DNA of 64,000 bases, taken from Tubulanus polymorphus (taxonomy: Eukaryota > Animalia > Nemertea). Position numbers and translations under genes: made by a program. The stretch is from the NCBI RefSeq assembly GCF_964204645.1, contig NC_134025.1, forward strand, positions 26,702,299 to 26,766,298, given 5' to 3'. The number at the start of each line of letters is the position of its first letter. Position 1 is the stretch's first letter. A model generated the notes under the pieces. That model had not been told where the DNA came from. It ran no database searches and saw only the letters and a program-made list of their open reading frames with translations. Positions 59,975-64,000 of this stretch are shown here, in pieces.

Positions 59975-62900
59975 TTAGAACCCGGTATAAGGAGCTGAAA
60001 TTTTGTGGCTTGGGAGAAATATGAATGAATCAACACCTGGTGGAATAGGATGTCTGGGTAAATCCGTTTGGTAGCATACGATAGCTGCAGGTAGGGGTAG
60101 AGTTTGGCGAAGTTTTCCAACACAACAAGGATTCTTCTCTTCAATCATTTTCTGAAACCAATGTGGATTGATATAAATGCTATCAAGAATATCTATATGA
60201 TGATGACGATCAATTCAGATTAAATACATGGTACTTACCTTCACTTCTTGCTCATGAGTGAATTTAGGTGAGCACGGTTTATCAACAACACATGGTTCTG
60301 GTTCCTCTTCAAGAGACACGTCGCCGATGAATTCTGATGTGATGACTTCTCGGCTTGAAGCATTAAAATGAAATTCATTTGATCCATAGGAAGGAGAACG
60401 TACCGCAGAAACATCCAGCTTCAGCAACAACATAAAAAACAATTCAACTTGTTAATATTTTCCCTCCTTAGTTACATCTGTAACAACATCATTTTTAGGA
60501 AATACTCACTGATGTCAGATGGTCTTTATCACCACGTATTTTATCAATAGGGGTACTTGTTAGGTACTGAGTGTCTGGTTTATTCATCTTGGTTCGGCAA
60601 ATCTAAAAAGAGATATCGAAATAACTTCCTAAAGTTATGTATGTTTTTCATAGAAATGTTCGGAAAGAATGACACTTACATTGGGTGGAATTGGGATATT
60701 GGTCATATGTTTTATGGGACTTTCTGATTCTCGGATCTTTTTCAATTTTGGCTGTCCCTCTATGATGATAAAAGCCAAATAGAAACAATTAAAGATTGTT
60801 TTATGTACCGACATCATGTTGTACCTTAATGCCCTTACCTATGTGTGAAAGGTCTGTTGTACGGATATAATCATTTATACACCTTGCCTCTCTCTCATCT
60901 ATGAAAGTAGAATTCTGTGGAACGACAATGGGGCCGACCATCTCATAAAAATCCATTTCTATAATTTCACAAATTTTTTGGAATTAAAATCATTCAGGAA
61001 ATAAGATTTTTTGTCTTTAGAAGAAACCTACTGTACCATTATTTGCTGCTGTATCTCTGCGAAACTTTTCAATACTTCCATTTTTGGCCTCAGTTATTGT
61101 TGAAGAATCAACTAATGCCCATGTGTAAGAGTTAGAAGCATCAGTTCTCATAAATGTTTCGGAGACATCTGTACCTACAAAACATCGGGGCCAGAAATAC
61201 TATAAACTAAAAGATACAGAATAATTGATGCTGAAAGAATTAGAGACATACTTGGAAGATTTGATTGAGTTTCAACAGTATCTCCACCACTGTTCATACA
61301 ATCAACTGTACTCCATCCATCCGAACTGCAGGTGTTAGTCTGGAAGAAAGATTGATTTGATCCAGAACTCTGTAAGAAATTGCATTTCAACCATTTCCAT
61401 TAATCACATACCTGTATAGGCGTCGCTATAGTTATGTATTGAGGCTTTGGGGTTGTTGTAAATAATTTTGCCATATTCGGTCCAGTGCAAGCTCTACGCA
61501 ATGGGCTGCCTGCCCTAGTTACTGTGACAATATTCTTGGCATTTATTTCTGAAAAAATTCACAATGAATCTTTCAATTTTTTTCGCGTTTCCCTGATCTG
61601 GTCAAAGTAACATTAACTCATTACCAGCAGGAACTTGCTGAAATTTGCAGGAACAGTGATGTATTGATTCACAGTTGTCTTCAACAATCAATGCAGGAAA
61701 TTGAGATGGACTGACAACCTCAACTTCTCCATCTTTAGGCATTTCTTTTTCAATATAAAAACCTTCTCTAGAAGGAGGCGGAGGAGGTGGACAGATTGGT
61801 GAAGTACACTTCTCTTTTTCCTAAAATGTTTTTTTGTATGTTAAGATGCATATTTTGAATACCAGTACACCTATATGAATACACCTATATACACCTCGAA
61901 ATGAATATACGAAATACAAAACATTGATCAAGCAAGAGATAAAATTAAGTCATCTACCTGATTTGATCTAATAGAGGTTATCTTAATGCATGGTTCCATA
62001 TCTTTAGCTTGACCACCACATCTGCTAAATCTCCTGTGAAATAATGTTATCAGAAATACATTAAACTCTACACTAAATCTACTTCAGTTGTATTCTATTT
62101 AATATATTACATAGTGAGGTAAATCCATTTACCGGGCTTTAGGAATAGATTTGTTGTTAGTTTTTCTTTCAACAGTCATTTCATTTATCTGGAACAACTG
62201 AACTGAATCATCACCACCATTCTCTGTAAGTAAAATCCCTAAATAGTGTTAGTTTGTAAACCACAAATTATATGAGTGGCGTGGATAAAATAAATCACTT
62301 CCGCTGGATAGAAAATTCAAAAGTCGCATTCAAACTCGACAAATCGCCATATTTATGTCGACATGAATATGTCGACATATCGTGATGTTTTCACGACAAA
62401 TTCGCTTTTTCGCCCATTTTCCACGGGATAAGCCGTCATTTGAAGACACGTCGAAATGTAAGATGAGGACGCCAGTGATATGACAACTGAGTTTCAAGTC
62501 GTCCTGAATATGTCGACTTGTCGCGAGGAAAATGGTCGTGAAAACGAAGTATGTCGTCAAAACGTCACGATATGTCGACATATTCATGTCAACTTGACGC
62601 GATATATCGACATAAATATGGCGACCTGTCGAGTTGGAACGCGACAACTCGAGGCCCTTTATCGCTTCCGTAGAAAATAGTAATAAATAAATATAGGCCT
62701 AGCTAGCCTAACCCTTTTATACCTCCACTTGATAAATGCTGGTCTGATTTGGACGACTGTTTGAAAGTTGAACCGACGTGTAATTTTCCATCGATTGATG
62801 GAGTTCCATAACCTGAACCTCGGCAAAAATGTACCGCTGCAGTTGTTGGCAGTAAAGTTAATCTGAAATATAAACATGATATTTATCTAGTTGAGTAAGA

Positions 62901-63334
62901 GAGTGATGGCTCGTCGGTATGATTCAATTCAGAAATAATTCAAATAGGCCTAGGCCTTAGTCTAAGTTAATACTTTAGTTACTTTTTTGGTTCCTTTGGA
63001 AGATTTTCAGATTGCTTGACATTGTCTCCTCCACTGCTATCACTACTAAATACGTCCTTGTCTTTTCTGCCGAGGACTATCTGGTCAAATTGGCTATTAC
63101 TGGTATTTGTTCGATTTTTATGATGTCCTCCTCGATAACAAAGCTGCTGTTGTTGAACTTAAAAAAAGAAGTCCACCCACCATGCAACAAATCAGGACAG
63201 GGGCTGTTGACATCCACACAACTAACAACGGACTTAGGGCGAGTAGAAAAAGATGATGAATACAGAAATTATAGCCACAAAAACATGACGATGATTAACG
63301 ATGAAATATTCAACTCACTTTTGGCGGATTTCAT
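59975..63334 (-). CDS. Uncharacterised multi-exon, Ser/Pro-rich protein
   Basis: Chain of GT-AG exons, starting MKSAK|IQQQQLCYRGGHHKN.. and ending ..HEQEVK|KMIEEKNPCCVGKLRQTLPLPAAIVCYQ..YTGF*. No family recognised; not every junction was checked. Confidence 0.6.
62323..62645. mobile_element. Fold-back/palindromic MITE-like element with ATGTCGACAT repeats
   Basis: Left GTCGCATTCAAACTCGACAAATCGCCATATTTATGTCGA; right reverse complement GTCGCGTTCCAACTCGACAGGTCGCCATATTTATGTCGA. Similarity extends over more than 100 bp. Confidence 0.85.
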
Positions 63335-64000
63335 ATCTGGTAGCTGATTGTTGACAGATAGTGTATATACGTTCATGCTCGACGCGGTTGACTGCGTCAC
63401 GCGGTTCCGTTCAATAATATAAACAGACGACACGTGGGCCATCAGAGGAAATGACGTAATCTGGGGATCACCCCCTCGCTTGCCATCTCAAATTTGCCGC
63501 AATAAATCAAAGCAACAAGTTTACAACACAGGAGGTTTGTTCTTGATTTGGTTACTCCAAGGTTTTTTTTCGATCTGGAAATTGGAATGGGAAATTGGAA
63601 GGGTAGATTTGGCAATGCGAGGGCCGGGTTCTTATCTGGTGGCCCCGCTCTAACAACAGAAAATCAGTGCAAAAAGAGGGCAAAAAGAGGCTTTTCTGGG
63701 CCCATTTGTGGATTCATTTTTCGTTTCTTAATAATTTTCTTATGCAAAATCATTTTTCCAGACTTGCGGGCACATTCGGCCCACTCGGTCAACACCCCGA
63801 AATCCACTCTTATTGGCCAATTCCATCATCGTTGTATCACTTAATTAACTCTTGGATTTGAGAACGAATGGTTATCCTTTTTCGCGTTTAAGTTAATGAC
63901 GCCTATCAGACATTTGCATTCAATCTTTTTCACTCTACCATAGATGTACAGATACTTCAATTCACCAAATCAGCATGTTCCTGGTACACCCGCAATTCGG

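Noticed and set aside
60060-60110. SOCS box (LPLP..I..Y) in the unknown gene
   Set aside because: No upstream BC-box (LxxLCR), so the match is probably coincidental.

Overview
Gene-dense, AT-rich eukaryotic window with very short (mostly about 65-150 nt) spliceosomal introns. It most likely comes from a compact marine invertebrate genome, possibly a lophotrochozoan; the species cannot be fixed from sequence alone. I spliced about 17 protein-coding genes by hand, in order: DHX57 (3' part), a single-RRM Lark/RBM4-like gene, NOP53, MOCS3, a divergent histone H3 variant, TMEM63/CSC1, a front-end fatty acyl desaturase, DYNC2LI1, ZNF839, CINP, BANF1, a nucleoredoxin-like gene, WDR64-like, a LicD-family transferase, a small PAN/apple-like protein, SDE2 and an unrecognised multi-exon gene. 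Several MITEs are also present. Most notable: (1) four minor-spliceosome (U12-type) introns within 2.7 kb, three of them in MOCS3; (2) an intron-containing, non-CenH3 histone H3 variant with a rewritten tail; (3) four frame-preserving cassette/micro-exons in the TMEM63 C-terminal tail; (4) a head-to-head pair of B-box-containing structured units in a TMEM63 intron; (5) ZNF839-CINP microsynteny matching the human arrangement. Coordinates of spliced genes are start codon to stop codon, including introns, and were read manually.
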